Below, one piece after another: positions 19,254-28,576 of a stretch of DNA of 56,006 nucleotides. Positions within the stretch are counted from its first letter, which is position 1. The number at the start of each line of letters is the position of its first letter. The DNA is from an uncultured Erysipelotrichaceae bacterium (lineage in GTDB: Bacteria; Bacillota_I; Bacilli_A; RFN20; CAG-288), in NCBI GenBank assembly GCA_902772915.1, contig CACYCE010000008.1, positions 1-56,006 of the forward strand. Direction: 5' to 3'. Under the pieces are notes generated by a model. The model was not told the origin of the DNA, ran no database searches, and saw nothing but the letters and a program-made list of their open reading frames with translations. The position numbers and the translations under genes were made by a program.

Positions 19254-19856
19254 TTAATTGTGGCCAACACTCCTATTGTTTAAAAACGACTCAATTTTAA
19301 TAGCAACTTCTTTTACTGATTGCATGTCATTTGATTTGATTTTAATGGTTTCGCCATCTTTTATGTATTTGATAATTAACTTCCCGTAGGAATGCTTGTA
19401 GAAAATAAACACTTTACCAGCAGGAATCAAGCCCATATTTTCTATTTTTATTTTAACTATTTTATTAAGAGGAACAGAATGGTAAACTCTTCCAGATAGA
19501 ACCTTTAATACTTGAGTTGTTTCATCCAAAACAACAACATTATCTCCTTTTGAGAGTTGATTTTTGGAAATCATAAAAGGCACAAAAAATAAGAAGACTC
19601 CAGCGATTATTGCAGTAATCCAAATCAAGACATATTTCCAAATAGGCGAGGCTGGAGGAACGGGTTTATATGATGAGCGTCCGTTTTCATAATCCCGCAA
19701 GTCCATATTGTATAGCCATAGATCGTATTCATAGTTCGTATGAACCAACCAGAAAACAAAGCCTCCAATTCCTAATGCCAAAATCAAAAGGACGATGGCT
19801 AATGCCACCACCGATCCTTTTGAATCTACATATTTTTTCCCGAGTATTTTATTCAT
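19254..19856 (-). CDS. Hypothetical membrane protein (2 TM helices + beta-rich, possibly PH-like domain)
   Basis: 200-aa ORF with two hydrophobic segments; no family recognised. Confidence 0.7.
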   Translation of the reverse strand: MNKILGKKYVDSKGSVVALAIVLLILALGIGGFVFWLVHTNYEYDLWLYNMDLRDYENGRSSYKPVPPASPIWKYVLIWITAIIAGVFLFFVPFMISKNQLSKGDNVVVLDETTQVLKVLSGRVYHSVPLNKIVKIKIENMGLIPAGKVFIFYKHSYGKLIIKYIKDGETIKIKSNDMQSVKEVAIKIESFLNNRSVGHN

Positions 19857-20117
19857 CTATCCCAAATCACCCATAATAATTAGAGGATCAGTAGCTTGTT
19901 TGACAACCATGTGTCCAATTTCAATGTCTACGGTATTTTCCGAAGCTAATGTAGGGAGAACTCTGACAATGGAAACGCAATCTTTACTATTGCCTTTTTT
20001 TGAAACAAACGATCTCAGCGGTTCCTGAAGTTCATTAAAGTCAGTACCTTCAAGTTCGTTAAATTGATCGTGTCGTACATAGATAGTTGTTTTGATAAGG
20101 CGTAGTTTCTTACTCAT
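19857..20117 (-). CDS. Hypothetical protein
   Basis: 86-aa ORF with RBS GAGGA; its stop abuts the next ATG in frame. Confidence 0.6.
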   Translation of the reverse strand: MSKKLRLIKTTIYVRHDQFNELEGTDFNELQEPLRSFVSKKGNSKDCVSIVRVLPTLASENTVDIEIGHMVVKQATDPLIIMGDLG

Positions 20118-20202
20118 AAAGGTTCCTCAAAAATCCAATCAATTGGCTATGCTTTTATAAGTATTTTAAATTTACCACAAAAAAATGTAAAAAGTCACTA
20201 TG

Positions 20203-20225
20203 CCACGGGAAACACCACGGGAAAC
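20203..20225. repeat. Tandem 11-bp repeat, possible integrase arm-type sites
   Basis: CCACGGGAAAC-A-CCACGGGAAAC, about 100 bp from the att-like repeat. Confidence 0.7.
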
Positions 20226-20324
20226 TTAAAAGGACTAATTTTCATTTCTTTATATATGTCTTTTGCAATTGGGTGATGTCTCCTTTTATGGATAATCAAA
20301 TCTATCAAAAAAGCCCCTAAATAT

Positions 20325-20373
20325 AATAAAAAAGGATTGATATTTTAATTACCAATCCTGTTGTTTTTAAATG
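20325..20373. repeat. Direct repeat copy 2 (tRNA-proximal; terminator of the tRNA operon)
   Basis: Minus strand reads CA-TTTAAAAACAAC-AGGATTGGTA...TATCAATCCT-TTTTT. Confidence 0.93.
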
Positions 20374-20445
20374 GAGCAGGTGACGGGAATCGAACCCGCG
20401 TAATCAGCTTGGAAGGCTGAAATTCTACCATTGAACTACACCTGC
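20372..20445 (-). tRNA. tRNA-Gly (TCC)
   Basis: GCAGGTGTAGTTCAATGGTAGAATTTCAGCCTTCCAAGCTGA...GGTTCGATTCCCGTCACCTGCTCCA; cloverleaf with encoded CCA. Confidence 0.97.
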
Positions 20446-20449
20446 TTAG

Positions 20450-20525
20450 TGGCGGATCATACGAGAATCGAACTCGTGATCTTCTCCGTGACAGGGAGAC
20501 ATGTTAACCGCTACACCAATGATCC
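20450..20525 (-). tRNA. tRNA-Asp (GTC)
   Basis: GGATCATTGGTGTAGCGGTTAACATGTCTCCCTGTCACGGAGA...GTTCGATTCTCGTATGATCCGCCA. Confidence 0.97.
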
Positions 20526-20575
20526 GTGCTTGAATATAATTACATATTGAAAATTATTTTTCAAGTATTAAGAAT

Positions 20576-20614
20576 AAAAAAATGAGGGGAAACTAACATA
20601 CTTCCTCTCATTTT
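20576..20614 (-). terminator. Terminator of trxA
   Basis: AAAATGAGGGGAA ... TTCCTCTCATTTT inverted repeat with a T-tract on the minus strand. Confidence 0.7.
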
Positions 20615-20630
20615 GATAATTAATTTAAAA

Positions 20631-20945
20631 TTATTCGCCGAAAGATTCTTTGATTACTTTTTCGACATCGCCTTTGTAGCGGAAGCCGACAAAGCCACCA
20701 ACTTCTTTGCCATCTTTGAAGAAATGGACGTTAGGAATATTGAATACACCATATTCTTGAGCTAAAGAAGGGAGTTCATCAACGTTAACTTTAATTAATT
20801 TGATAGAAGCATCATTAGCTTCAATTTCTTCTAAGACAGGACCTAATTGTCTGCAAGGTCCACACCAGTCAGCGAAGAAGTCGACGACGGCTTTTCCAGA
20901 AGCGATTTCATCTTTAAATTCTTTGACAGATTGTACAATTTTCAT
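20631..20945 (-). CDS. trxA: Thioredoxin
   Basis: VDFFADWCGPCR, KVNVDE, IP. Confidence 0.96.
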   Translation of the reverse strand: MKIVQSVKEFKDEIASGKAVVDFFADWCGPCRQLGPVLEEIEANDASIKLIKVNVDELPSLAQEYGVFNIPNVHFFKDGKEVGGFVGFRYKGDVEKVIKESFGE

Positions 20946-20989
20946 AATTTAATACCTCGTATGTTTATATATTAACCTCATTTGTAATT

Positions 20990-21889
20990 TTAGAAAAGTA
21001 AAACGCTTACTATTCCACCCATACCAAAGTAAAAGATGAGGTAGAATATGACTACATGTAAAGGGTAATAGAGATAAAAAGTGCAAGTTAAGAATTTATT
21101 AGATATACCTTTTCTCCCTGAATAAAAAATTAAAATCAAACCTGCTAAAGCTGAGTATTGCATATAGGCAAAAGGTATAGAGAAGTTAGCAAATAAAGGA
21201 TTAGTTACTCCGTATAATTTGTAGAAAACTAACATGATCATATTGACTATTAATAACATGCCTGCAGAGTAGATATTTTGAATAAGTCTTCCGTTTATTG
21301 AATAGACAACATCAGGATCTAATCCGCTGTTTTCTGCTAATCTTTTTTCGTGGAATAAGGTTAAATATCTCGCAACCATGAATCCGATGTACATCAATAA
21401 TCCATAAGTTCCATATTCACAATAGAAAGGGAAGAAAGGGAAATCAGAAAGAATGATGATAGTCGCAGGAATAATAGCTAAGAAAGAAAATTTATTTTGT
21501 TGATTTACTAAAGATGAAATCAAAGCACATAAGCCTAAAGTCAATAATGCGTTAGAGATATTTTGCTTAGTAATTAAAAATACTACTAGGTACATAATTC
21601 CACCTAGAACCATCAATTTTAATGAATATAGATAGGAATTTTTTGATCTTAATGTACCTTCGTAAGTTAAAAAAGCAAATAGAGGGAAGGCCAATCTTCC
21701 TAAAATTCTGAACACTTCATATAAAGGCCAACCTTGAGGGATAAAAAATAGACCAATGTGGTCGATAGTCATCACTATACAAGCGATGATTTTTAAAATA
21801 AAGTGGTCGATAAAAAGGTATTTTTGACTAGGTTGATCTTCACCTAAATGAAGTGAGAAGAAATCTTTTTTTTCTAAATATTCTTGCAT
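20990..21889 (-). CDS. TraX-family membrane protein (putative acyltransferase)
   Basis: LKIIACIVMTIDHIG, GRLAFPLFAF, YSGRKG, FYLYYPLH. Confidence 0.88.
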   Translation of the reverse strand: MQEYLEKKDFFSLHLGEDQPSQKYLFIDHFILKIIACIVMTIDHIGLFFIPQGWPLYEVFRILGRLAFPLFAFLTYEGTLRSKNSYLYSLKLMVLGGIMYLVVFLITKQNISNALLTLGLCALISSLVNQQNKFSFLAIIPATIIILSDFPFFPFYCEYGTYGLLMYIGFMVARYLTLFHEKRLAENSGLDPDVVYSINGRLIQNIYSAGMLLIVNMIMLVFYKLYGVTNPLFANFSIPFAYMQYSALAGLILIFYSGRKGISNKFLTCTFYLYYPLHVVIFYLIFYFGMGGIVSVLLF

Positions 21890-21890
21890 G

Positions 21891-22799
21891 TTATCTTATG
21901 AATCCTGGAATTAAATATGAGATGGTAGAAATTATAGATGAACTATTCCCACTTCTATTGTTAATGGCAATAGAAATGTAGAGCATTACTACTGAGAGTA
22001 AATTGTTAAAACAGTGAACTAGGAAAGAGTGAGTAGGATTTCTATATTTATCGTAAGCGTAGGATAAGAATAGCCCTCCAATCATGTAAGTAGGGATGGA
22101 CAGTAATTCAATATAAAGGTCATTTCTCGAGGATGATTGAATAGAACTAATGATACCTTCTAGAACGTGAATTGAAGCGAAGACTACAACTACAGCAATA
22201 TAAGCCCATACTCGAGAGTAACGTCTTATAGCTTCAAATAAACCTAATCTATATGTGATTTCTTCAGTGATAGGAGCAAATAAAACCGTGAAAGGAATAA
22301 CTAAATAACCATAAGAGAGAAGTTGTTGATTTAATCCTGCTTGATTGGCGTTAGTGCCGGTAATATTTATAGCGCTCATAATGGCGTTTTCCACTTGGCT
22401 ATAGAGAATATTTAAGCCTAGCATTGCAAGAAAGACAAATAAGGCAAAAAGATAAGTTCCACCTTTAGTGAAAGCTTTAAGTTTGCTAAGCGTACCTTTT
22501 TTATCGAAAGCAAAGAGGAGACCTACTAAAATTCCCAATAGTAATAAATAAGTAAAAAAGTTAGTGAACGCTCCTATTTTTATGTTCAATAAATTCTTTT
22601 GTGCTTGAGTTAATTCCGCTATTTTTACATTGTCTACAGAGACGATGATATTAGTGCAAATTGTGCTTAGTACTGTACCTAGCAATTGAAACCCTGCAAA
22701 GCCTATGACAAAAAGAATGATGCAATGGGTGACTTTCAGACTGCTTACAGCCTTTTCTGATTCGTTTAATTCTTTTTTAGAATCTTGGTAGATAATCAT
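21891..22799 (-). CDS. CPBP (CAAX/Abi) intramembrane metalloprotease
   Basis: APITEEITYR, FASIH, HCFNN motifs. Confidence 0.9.
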   Translation of the reverse strand: MIIYQDSKKELNESEKAVSSLKVTHCIILFVIGFAGFQLLGTVLSTICTNIIVSVDNVKIAELTQAQKNLLNIKIGAFTNFFTYLLLLGILVGLLFAFDKKGTLSKLKAFTKGGTYLFALFVFLAMLGLNILYSQVENAIMSAINITGTNANQAGLNQQLLSYGYLVIPFTVLFAPITEEITYRLGLFEAIRRYSRVWAYIAVVVVFASIHVLEGIISSIQSSSRNDLYIELLSIPTYMIGGLFLSYAYDKYRNPTHSFLVHCFNNLLSVVMLYISIAINNRSGNSSSIISTISYLIPGFIR

Positions 22800-22866
22800 T
22801 TTACTTTGAGAATTCTTTGCAGTATTGCAAGCTTTATTATATTATAATAACAAAGAGAAAGATATT

Positions 22867-25800
22867 ATGAATTTTGCACCTATTTTTGCAGATATCAACC
22901 AAATTTTGTCTTATATCAAGTGGGATTACTTTTTTATAATTCTCGCTGTTTTTGCTTTGATAGGAGCTTTAGCTTGTCTAATTAGAGGCATCTATCGCTC
23001 GACGACTAGGTATATCGCTGAAGGTATTTTAATAATCGTCTTGATTTTCACTATGAATCCTCTGGTCAATTTAGTTTCAGGTATCGATATAGGAGGTATG
23101 TTCCATATCGGCAGTATCAATATAAGTGGAACTGCAATTCAAGTGACGACAGTCGATGTAACTTTACAAAAGATATTAGCGGCATATTTTAATCTATCTA
23201 CGGCGACCTCACCTCAATTGAACAATTCGGTTATGGCTCTTTCTCACGCTGTTATCGGTTTAGCTCTATTTATCGTTGGAATGCTTTTGATAATTTTGAT
23301 TCTTGCACCTTTGTTAGGCTTAGCGTTCTACGCTTTATCTTTCTGCCTATTCCTTCCTAAAGAAACTAGAAAGACAAAAAAGCATCGTTTGGTATCTTTC
23401 TTTGTCGGCTTAGTTTGTTCAATAGTTATAGGTACAATCTTTATCTCACCTTTATCTAGCGTTGTTAATTCTGCATCTAATGTCGCAGTTGCGGTCAATA
23501 AAGCTGATGCTAAGACAAAGGAGAATTTGAAGAATTATCAAGCTTACATCGATTTATTAGCTTCCTATCAAGATTCCGCTTTCTTTAAAACTATGACTTT
23601 CGGTTCAGGTAACCCCGATAATGCTTTAGATTCAAAAATTATGGGTCAAGTTAGTACCTCTACAATAAATGGAGTTACTTTCGCATTTAACGATTTTGTC
23701 AAGGCTGTAGGAGATATCATAAATGTAGCTTTACCTGCAGTATCAATAGGGGAGACTACTACAATCGATTTTTCGATACTTTTACAAAAAGAAACATTCA
23801 ATACTATTTTTTCTAAAATCTCTCAATGGCAATTTTTAACTGCGATTTTGCCCGCTTTAGCTCAATATGGAATTAATTCTGCTGATCCTAACGGTGATTT
23901 AGGTATCAATATCGCTGGAGCGGATTTTGAAGGTGCTATTAACAACATCGATGATGTTTTCAATTATATGTACGATGGTATTATCTCTCCTACTGTCAAA
24001 GCTAACGAAGGAAAAGATTTTAGTAATTTTCAAGATTTAGTTATCACTTATGATTACAAATACAAAGAAAATGTAAAAAGTGGTATTAAAATCTTAAAAG
24101 ATAGTTCTGTCCTCGCTTCTATTTCTCCTTTATTAATCAAGAGTTTAGTTAAATCTAACGAAACTGGATTCTTCAAATTTGATCAGAAAACATTTGATAT
24201 ATCTCACTTCTTAGGCGATTTAGATAACTTAGTAGAATTCATATTCGATTCTTTAAGAGCTATGGGTAAATCTACTTTGAAGATTTCTGAGATGCCTAGT
24301 CTTATCGATGATATTTTACAATTCACCACTACCTCAACTGAAAATTACAATAAAGTTATTAGACCTTTAATCGTAGGGGGTAATATTGAACTACCTGCTG
24401 ATTCTAAGTTAGGTTTACCTGCTGAGACAATAACTAATTTCAGCGGTATGTTAGGTTTGAATTTACTATCTACAGATTATGTTGATTATTCAGCTTTAGT
24501 AACTACTTTAACTTCTTCTTCTGAAACTTCTGGAGCCATAGGTCAATATATAACTAACGAGACTATGGATAAAGTTGGTGCTAAACTCAATACATTAGAT
24601 GCCGATGGCAGAAAGTTAGAGTTTGGCAAGGTTTTAGATGCTTATTATGAAATGGCTAAGTTGAAAGAATCCGGCGTCGATTTAAATCATTTAGATTTAG
24701 AAAATCCTACTCACGTCAATGCTATTAAGTCTATGATTTCTAAATTGGATGGTTCATCTTTTGCGGAGATGATCATACCTGATGTCGCTAGAAAGATCTT
24801 CGCTGATGCTGGCGCTAGTGATATGTTATACGGCTTATCAATCGATGATTTTAATTTACATCCTGTCGACGCTGCAGGTAAATCTATCTTGATTCCTGAA
24901 TTAGTTAAAGTTTTCGATTTGACTAGCGATGCTTATGCAGTTTCTAAAGTCTTGTCGAAGACTGGTCAAACTACTAAGCAAATTCTCGATAGTTTAGATG
25001 AGTCTACTAGAAATGGAATTAAGAAGGTTCTTAACGGCATCTACGACTCTAAGATTTTAAATCCTGAACGAAAAATCAATGGCAAAGAAGGCGATGATAG
25101 TTTAGCTAAAAACGTCAACTTTAATTTCATCGTCACAAATTTATTCAAACTAGAATCGCTGCAAGATTTAGGGTTTGTGGTTCCTTCTGATTTATCTTCT
25201 ATCGATTGGAAAGATGAAGTTAACTATAATGGAGTAGTCACCAAGAAAGGTGAGATTTCTCGAATTGTCGATGGTTTAAAGATCTTCAATGAAAATTCTG
25301 AAATACTCGCTAGTGATTCTATATCTCTAGATAGTTTAGCCCAAGGTGATTTAGTTTCTAATTTATTTGCTACTTTAGGCTCATCTAAGTTGTTCCAACC
25401 TAGTTTAGGACCAATTCTTGATGCTAAAGTCGCTGCAAATTTGAAGACTCAATTTGGTATCAATGTTTCTTTTGCTCACATTGTTGATTGGGAACAAGAA
25501 GGCATCAATTTCCAAAAGGTCGTTAAGAATATTTCTGCGGCTTCCTCTGCTGGTCAAATTCAATGGGATTCTTTAACTAACGATCAAATTAATTCATTGT
25601 TAGTAAGCTTAGCCAAAACTGATATGCTTTCTGTTCAAGTTGACGACAATGGCTTATACGTCGATAAATTTGGCGAAATGGTCTTCAATTTATTGGACAA
25701 AGCCGGTTTATCTGCTGAAGTCCTAGGTAATTCTTTAAGCAAATCTGATTTCAGCATCGTCGAAAATAATCAAACTGGTAGCTTAAAACCTTCTTTCAAT

Positions 25801-27909
25801 TGTTGGTATGGAACTTTATCTGATGCTGGCTTAGATACTAATGGAGAAATATACAGTTTTGCTAACGCCTTTGATAATGCTGTCGCTTTAAAGGATATGG
25901 ATGGCGGACAAATCGATACTGTTAAACTCAAGCCTCTATTGATCGATATCAATAATTCTAATGTTTTAAGAAAATCTATTTCTTCAGTCTTATCACACTT
26001 CTTTGGAAAGATGGATCCTGTTTCTTTACCTGGTGGTAATCAAGTTTCTTTCACTAAGATTAATACTTCTTATTTCGACACTTTTACTAAAGCAGAAGCG
26101 GAAGAAGAGATTACAGATATTTGCAATTTAGTAGATTTAATAACTAACAAAGATGAAAATGGAAAGACTATTTTAGATAGATTGGGAGATCTTTCCACTG
26201 GTAAATTACCTTACGGGTTCTCCTCTGAAATCGCTCAATTGTTAAATTCTATTAGGGAAGTTCAAATGATGATTGTTCCTAAAGGTAGCGAAGTAACTTC
26301 TTTCTTTACTGATGTCTTATCTGGGATTTATAACTTCATCACTTTAGACAATATGATTTACAATTCTCCTGATGCTAAAATTCAAATGTCTGCTTTCATC
26401 CAAAAGATGAGCGATTCTTCTTGGAGTGGAACTGAAGGAGAAGTAAATAGAATTTGCTCTATGATTCAAGTCTTAGAGCCTACTTCTATAGATGCTGATG
26501 ATGGTATTAAAGTCTCCGATTTAACTGATGGTGATAAATTGAAAGATATCGACAAGACAAGATTAAAGGCTTTATTAAATAGTATTAATTCTTGCCGCAC
26601 TATTCACGGTGCTGTTCCTTCTTTGATGGATAAATTATTCACTCAGATGGATATTAATTCTTTGACTTCACCTAGAAATATCAATTGCAAAGTCTACACT
26701 GATTCTAGCGATGAATCTATCTTATGGTGGGAAAATGAAATCAATCAATTTATAACCTTATATCAAAATTTAGAAGATTTAGGTTTAGGAACTGATATAT
26801 CTTCTTTAGATTTAACTGCATCTAACGATTCTTTATCCAAGATTATTGTTCCTATTGATAAGATGAATCTATTCAATGATACTAAGGCTTATTTAGTTGC
26901 CCACTTTATAGATTCTAATAATGGTTCGAGTGTAACTTTATCTGATTACATCAGAGATTTAAATACTTCTTCTTATCAAACAACTAACCCTAAAGCTGAA
27001 AGAATATCACAGATCTTGTTTACTCCTGGTCATACTGAAGAAGAATTGACTGAACAACTTAATTTAGTGCAGAAATTCATTGCTACTATGACTAACGCTA
27101 CTAGTATTGATTTCTCAACTGGTGGAAGCGGAGTAACAGAAGTAGCCTTCAACCTCATCATGAAGACTATGGATATCACTTATAACCAAACTACTTCTAA
27201 AGCTGAATATGTCCGTTCATATTTAGCGAGTGAATTGATTAGTAATCTTTTAGTTATAAAATTACAGGAAGGTGCTACTACTTCTGCTTCTAAAGCTAAG
27301 ATTGAAGCAAGTATCAAAGAGATTATGTTCTCATCCACTGGAGCGGATTATTACGGTTTAAATATCTTGGAAGCTAGAGGTTTGCAAGGGGTTCCTACTT
27401 TAACTACTTTACCTGTTTACGATAAAGATGATCACGCTGAATTTGATACAATCGTCATCAACGCTTTCACTTTGATGGGTAGAAATACTACTGGAGTTGA
27501 TGCTTATTCTTCTTCTGTAGAGAATTATCAAGCATACAATTACATGGTCAATAATTTAGAAACTCAATATAAAGCTGCTTCAGTCTATAACATTAATAAT
27601 TCAGTTATCGCTTCCACTTTATTTGATATCTATGGTAAACAAGCAGAAATCTACGAAGATAATCTAGGAAATAAGCATAACGTCATTGAAACTATTGCTT
27701 TATACAATTCTTGGATTGATACTTATCAATCTTTACCTGATTATGCAAAGATTGCAATAGATGCTCAATTATCAACTCTAGGTATCACTTCTATCACTTC
27801 TGAAGATAAGATTAAATACGATTCTACTAACGGTGCTTACGAGTCGTTCGAAAGTATAGGTAACAAAGTGGTTAAAGCTTTAACGGTCTTATCTAATATC
27901 ACTATCTAA
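22867..27909 (+). CDS. Very large hypothetical membrane-anchored protein (CvpA-like N-terminus, degenerate helical repeats)
   Basis: About 1680-aa ORF with host-like codon usage, 4-5 N-terminal TM helices and recurring W..(G)E(I/V) motifs. Start could alternatively be TTG at 22825. Confidence 0.8.
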   Translation: MNFAPIFADINQILSYIKWDYFFIILAVFALIGALACLIRGIYRSTTRYIAEGILIIVLIFTMNPLVNLVSGIDIGGMFHIGSINISGTAIQVTTVDVTLQKILAAYFNLSTATSPQLNNSVMALSHAVIGLALFIVGMLLIILILAPLLGLAFYALSFCLFLPKETRKTKKHRLVSFFVGLVCSIVIGTIFISPLSSVVNSASNVAVAVNKADAKTKENLKNYQAYIDLLASYQDSAFFKTMTFGSGNPDNALDSKIMGQVSTSTINGVTFAFNDFVKAVGDIINVALPAVSIGETTTIDFSILLQKETFNTIFSKISQWQFLTAILPALAQYGINSADPNGDLGINIAGADFEGAINNIDDVFNYMYDGIISPTVKANEGKDFSNFQDLVITYDYKYKENVKSGIKILKDSSVLASISPLLIKSLVKSNETGFFKFDQKTFDISHFLGDLDNLVEFIFDSLRAMGKSTLKISEMPSLIDDILQFTTTSTENYNKVIRPLIVGGNIELPADSKLGLPAETITNFSGMLGLNLLSTDYVDYSALVTTLTSSSETSGAIGQYITNETMDKVGAKLNTLDADGRKLEFGKVLDAYYEMAKLKESGVDLNHLDLENPTHVNAIKSMISKLDGSSFAEMIIPDVARKIFADAGASDMLYGLSIDDFNLHPVDAAGKSILIPELVKVFDLTSDAYAVSKVLSKTGQTTKQILDSLDESTRNGIKKVLNGIYDSKILNPERKINGKEGDDSLAKNVNFNFIVTNLFKLESLQDLGFVVPSDLSSIDWKDEVNYNGVVTKKGEISRIVDGLKIFNENSEILASDSISLDSLAQGDLVSNLFATLGSSKLFQPSLGPILDAKVAANLKTQFGINVSFAHIVDWEQEGINFQKVVKNISAASSAGQIQWDSLTNDQINSLLVSLAKTDMLSVQVDDNGLYVDKFGEMVFNLLDKAGLSAEVLGNSLSKSDFSIVENNQTGSLKPSFNCWYGTLSDAGLDTNGEIYSFANAFDNAVALKDMDGGQIDTVKLKPLLIDINNSNVLRKSISSVLSHFFGKMDPVSLPGGNQVSFTKINTSYFDTFTKAEAEEEITDICNLVDLITNKDENGKTILDRLGDLSTGKLPYGFSSEIAQLLNSIREVQMMIVPKGSEVTSFFTDVLSGIYNFITLDNMIYNSPDAKIQMSAFIQKMSDSSWSGTEGEVNRICSMIQVLEPTSIDADDGIKVSDLTDGDKLKDIDKTRLKALLNSINSCRTIHGAVPSLMDKLFTQMDINSLTSPRNINCKVYTDSSDESILWWENEINQFITLYQNLEDLGLGTDISSLDLTASNDSLSKIIVPIDKMNLFNDTKAYLVAHFIDSNNGSSVTLSDYIRDLNTSSYQTTNPKAERISQILFTPGHTEEELTEQLNLVQKFIATMTNATSIDFSTGGSGVTEVAFNLIMKTMDITYNQTTSKAEYVRSYLASELISNLLVIKLQEGATTSASKAKIEASIKEIMFSSTGADYYGLNILEARGLQGVPTLTTLPVYDKDDHAEFDTIVINAFTLMGRNTTGVDAYSSSVENYQAYNYMVNNLETQYKAASVYNINNSVIASTLFDIYGKQAEIYEDNLGNKHNVIETIALYNSWIDTYQSLPDYAKIAIDAQLSTLGITSITSEDKIKYDSTNGAYESFESIGNKVVKALTVLSNITI

Positions 27910-28460
27910 TGTCCAAGACGATAAATAATAATTTACAAATCGAATATGAGGAAAAGGGAAGCAAGTTTCTTTGCTTTGCTTTTCCTTTTGATAATGAGAA
28001 AGATATCTCTGATAAAATTAAGCAAATTGGTGAACAACATTCTAAAGCGAAGCACGTTCTCTATGTTTTTAGAACGTCTTCTGGTAAAGAAGGCGCTTGT
28101 GAAGATAGAGAACCTATAACTTCTTGTCATCGCGCTTTAGCTATTCTAAAAGCCAAGAATATAGAAGATGTTTTAGTGGTGATGGTCAGGTATTTTGGAG
28201 GAACTTTATTAGGGGCATCTCACCTTGATAAATTGTATTTTTCTCTGATTTTTAAACTTTTAGATGATTCCAATTTAGAAGAGAAGAAACAATATTATTT
28301 CTTCGAGGGTAAAATAAAGAATATATTCTTGAAAAAGCTCGAAAAAGCTGTTTTGGATGAAGGTGGATTCATACTTGATAAAGAGTTTGAAGGGCCGTAT
28401 GTCAAGGTTAAATTTAAATCTCTAAAGGAAGAATCTGAAGCTTATAAACTTCTTATCTAA
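27909..28460 (+). CDS. YigZ/IMPACT-family protein
   Basis: EEKGSKF, AKH, EDREP, RYFGGTLLG. Confidence 0.88.
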   Translation: MSKTINNNLQIEYEEKGSKFLCFAFPFDNEKDISDKIKQIGEQHSKAKHVLYVFRTSSGKEGACEDREPITSCHRALAILKAKNIEDVLVVMVRYFGGTLLGASHLDKLYFSLIFKLLDDSNLEEKKQYYFFEGKIKNIFLKKLEKAVLDEGGFILDKEFEGPYVKVKFKSLKEESEAYKLLI

Positions 28461-28576
28461 AAGGGGATTTCTGCTCTTTTTAGACCGTTTTGTTAGTATG
28501 CTAATTAATTTTGTTTGATATTGATAATTTATGATATAATCTAACAGGGCATGGTTGCACCAAAGAGGAACACAAC

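Larger units (their letters stand above)
19115..20373. mobile_element. Small genomic islet at the 3' end of tRNA-Gly, no integrase
   Basis: Bounded by 48/49-bp direct repeats, one of which overlaps the last 2 nt of the tRNA; contains two unassigned ORFs and short internal repeats. Confidence 0.7.

Noticed and set aside
19115-20373. CRISPR array or integron attC cassette array
   Set aside because: Only two copies of the long repeat, 1.2 kb apart; no regular spacers, cas genes or integron integrase.
20990-21889. TraX as evidence of a conjugative element
   Set aside because: No relaxase, T4SS or integrase in the window; stand-alone chromosomal TraX-family genes are common.
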